A stretch of 64,000 nucleotides of DNA, taken from the NCBI RefSeq assembly GCF_964194155.1, contig NW_027596437.1, forward strand, positions 124,001 through 188,000, read 5' to 3'. The DNA comes from Cetorhinus maximus (Eukaryota). Shown one piece after another: positions 61,603 through 64,000 of the stretch. The notes below the pieces were generated by a model, which saw only the letters and a program-made list of their open reading frames with translations, made no database searches and was not told the DNA's origin. The first letter of the stretch is position 1. Each line of letters begins with the position of its first letter. The position numbers were made by a program, and so were the translations under genes.

Positions 61603-62772
61603 ATGGATTTGGAAATTGAGGGGATTATAGGAAGATTTTCAGATGCCATGAGCCGTGGCGGGATATCCGAAGTGGCATCTTTGGTGAAAGCTGAGAGGAG
61701 CAGATTGGAAAGCGTGACGGTTCATGTGGCGGTCACCGGGACCCCGAGAGCGGGGAAGTCTGCTTTCATTAATTCAGTCATGGGTTTCAAGGATGGCGAA
61801 GATGGCACGGCACCCACCGGCCCCGCCCAACAGGTGACAAAGCCGGCGCCTTACAGCCGGCCGGGGAACCCCAGTTCTGTGTTCTGGGAGCTGCCCAGCG
61901 TTCGGGGATCCGGCTTCTCGTCGGGCCACTACCTGAAGGCGGTGGAGGTCGACAAGTACGTCGGCTTCTTCATCCTGTCATCGACGTGGTTCACGTGGGA
62001 GGTCGCAGCCCTTGCCAGCGAGCTCAGGCGGGTTGGCAAGCAGTTCTACCTCATTCGCACCAAGATTGACTTGGGCCCTCCTGGCTACAGGGACAAGGAG
62101 TTCGTTGAGGACGTCCTGAATGTTTTCACCGCCGGCTACTTTGAAAACCTGGACATTGAATACGCGATTGCTCACTTCTTCTGTGTCTCCTGCCACCAGG
62201 TTGACAGGTTCGACTTTCTGGAGTGCGTCCGGGCTCTGCAGAGAAATTCCTCTCCTCCACTCCAGAAACACGCCCTGCTGCTCTCCCTGTACTACTTGGC
62301 CAACAAGATGGAGCTGAAGCACTCCCTGAGGGAGTTCATTCCGGTGTCGGCGATCTACAGCTGCCTCATCGACCCCATCCCGATCGAGCAGCTGCCTTAC
62401 CAGGCCAATGTCCACTTTCTGTACAACGAGATCCGGCTTTACCGCGTCCTGTTAGGGCTGGACTACCCGGCCTTGAGCAAAAGGGCCAAGCTGATTCGCC
62501 AGCCGACCTTTGTCCTCTCGGATGAGATCCAGACCACGATGGCGAAGATGCTGACGGAGAAGGGCGTCTCGGAGGAGCTGCTGAAGTGGACGGAGATAAA
62601 CGCGTCGGTCTCCCACAGCTACGTGAAGTGGATTCCCTTTCTCGAGACCCTGCCTGGAGGGAAGCTGTCTGGGGCTTCCACCATCCGCTTGTTGGATACC
62701 ATGCTGCAAAAGTTTACGGACGATGCCTGCCGTGTTCAGAGGAAAATGGAGGATGTACTGAAGGGTGAATAA
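61603..62772 (+). CDS. Immunity-related (p47/IRG) GTPase family protein, IRGC/IRGQ-like, 389 aa, single coding exon
   Basis: VAVTGTPRAGKSAFINS (G1), FWELPS (G3 variant), FYLIRTKID (G4), FCVS, IDPIPI in the C-terminal helical domain; acceptor ttttctctcag at 61593 then ATG 61603; GC3-rich intact ORF. Confidence 0.88.
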   Translation: MDLEIEGIIGRFSDAMSRGGISEVASLVKAERSRLESVTVHVAVTGTPRAGKSAFINSVMGFKDGEDGTAPTGPAQQVTKPAPYSRPGNPSSVFWELPSVRGSGFSSGHYLKAVEVDKYVGFFILSSTWFTWEVAALASELRRVGKQFYLIRTKIDLGPPGYRDKEFVEDVLNVFTAGYFENLDIEYAIAHFFCVSCHQVDRFDFLECVRALQRNSSPPLQKHALLLSLYYLANKMELKHSLREFIPVSAIYSCLIDPIPIEQLPYQANVHFLYNEIRLYRVLLGLDYPALSKRAKLIRQPTFVLSDEIQTTMAKMLTEKGVSEELLKWTEINASVSHSYVKWIPFLETLPGGKLSGASTIRLLDTMLQKFTDDACRVQRKMEDVLKGE

Positions 62773-64000
62773 CATTGTTTGAGGCCCAACAATCTAATGG
62801 TGTTTGGTACACATGAAGGGAGAGCAAAGCTCAACTTCAGTATCAAAGGCCAACGTTGGTATCCTCTGGTAGGTGACGTGGCTTAATTCCCTATTCTTTT
62901 CCTCCATAGTCTGCAATGTAACCTTTGTTGCAGAGGCATTCCATGCTCTGCCAGTCCAAGATTGTTAATGCACAATGCCTTCTCTTCTGAAAGTACAAAA
63001 CATATCCATTTCATCCCAAGACCTTCAGATGAAATTTTACTTGGCAGTTCACATGGGCATGGGCCAAGATTGAAGGCTAGGCACTACAAGACTCGTATTT
63101 CACTGCAGCTGGTAGCTACCATGCTAGGTGGGTGTGAAGTTTCGCCTAAGCACATTACTGCAACCCTCCAGCTGTTGTCAATGCAACATATTGACTGACC
63201 CTCTTTGTCTGAATGAGCAACATAACCCAGATGTGTTTTCTTTTGTAAGTTTAAGCTGTATTGTACATCCAAGTGTTGATGCAATATTGGGGATAATTTC
63301 TTCTATCCTTCCCATGTTAAACGTAGCAATAGCTCTTGTAGATGTTGTAATAGTAAACACCATCATTAAACAGCTAATGACGGTCTTTGTAAGCCCTAGT
63401 GTAGATTGAATTGCTGACTCTCCACTTTTAAAGGTGATGGGCGTGATATTTTTGACTTAAACCTGAGTCCAGTGTGGTTGTCGAGCAGTTGGGGATATGA
63501 TGCAACACTTCAATTTTTTTTTTTTAAAATGAACCTTTGTTTCAAGCACATCAACACTAATTGAGCCCAATATTTTGGCAGAATGGCTGACTATTGACGG
63601 CAATGCTTTGTTTTCCTCTCCTCCCAACAGGAGGAGATATTAGAAACTTGTCACTGCAGGGGGAGTTGGTGGGTGAAAGGCCAGGATTCAATAAGGAAAT
63701 GCCAAATGTGTGCAAAAGAAATGAAAGATGTGATTTCTGAGCAATGCAAGTAAACTCTTTTTTTTTTGTTGCTGAAAATGTAAACAAAGCTGTTTCTTGT
63801 ACAGATTACAGCTGAGTGAGTCTCATTTTATTTCACGAAAGGAATGCTATTGGGAGTGTCAAAATTCGCACAACTTAACAACGTTTCAGTCTATTTCCAA
63901 TTGATAACTGAACTCACTACGGTTATTTGAGAAACTTCAGAATTTAAATAAAATTATTCATGTGTACAGTGATTGTTATCTGACTTTTCAAAGTAGCTTT

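Overview
AT-rich vertebrate genomic DNA. The repeat content (HE1-type SINEs, HER1/CR1 LINEs, Deu-domain SINE, Penelope-derived palindromes) points to a cartilaginous fish, probably a shark. The left half (1-31 kb) is a birth-and-death cluster of single-coding-exon C2H2 zinc-finger genes with no recognisable effector domain. It has 3 apparently intact ORFs, 1 doubtful ORF, 2 clear pseudogenes and orphan promoter/exon/3'UTR modules, all built from one repeated cassette. The middle-right (38.6-52.6 kb) is a 7-exon D2-type dopamine receptor locus with many inactivating lesions, most likely a drd2l unitary pseudogene. Its first intron holds a Gypsy element whose RT/RNase H has been replaced by a captured UACA-like coiled-coil fragment, and a telomere-like tract inside a CR1. 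The right end has an intact IRG-family (p47) GTPase ORF with non-canonical G2/G3 motifs. The window also contains a decayed retrovirus-type pol, solo LTRs, Penelope elements with minimal hammerhead-ribozyme motifs, a MITE and several minisatellites. All family assignments come from recognising sequence by eye; no searches were run.
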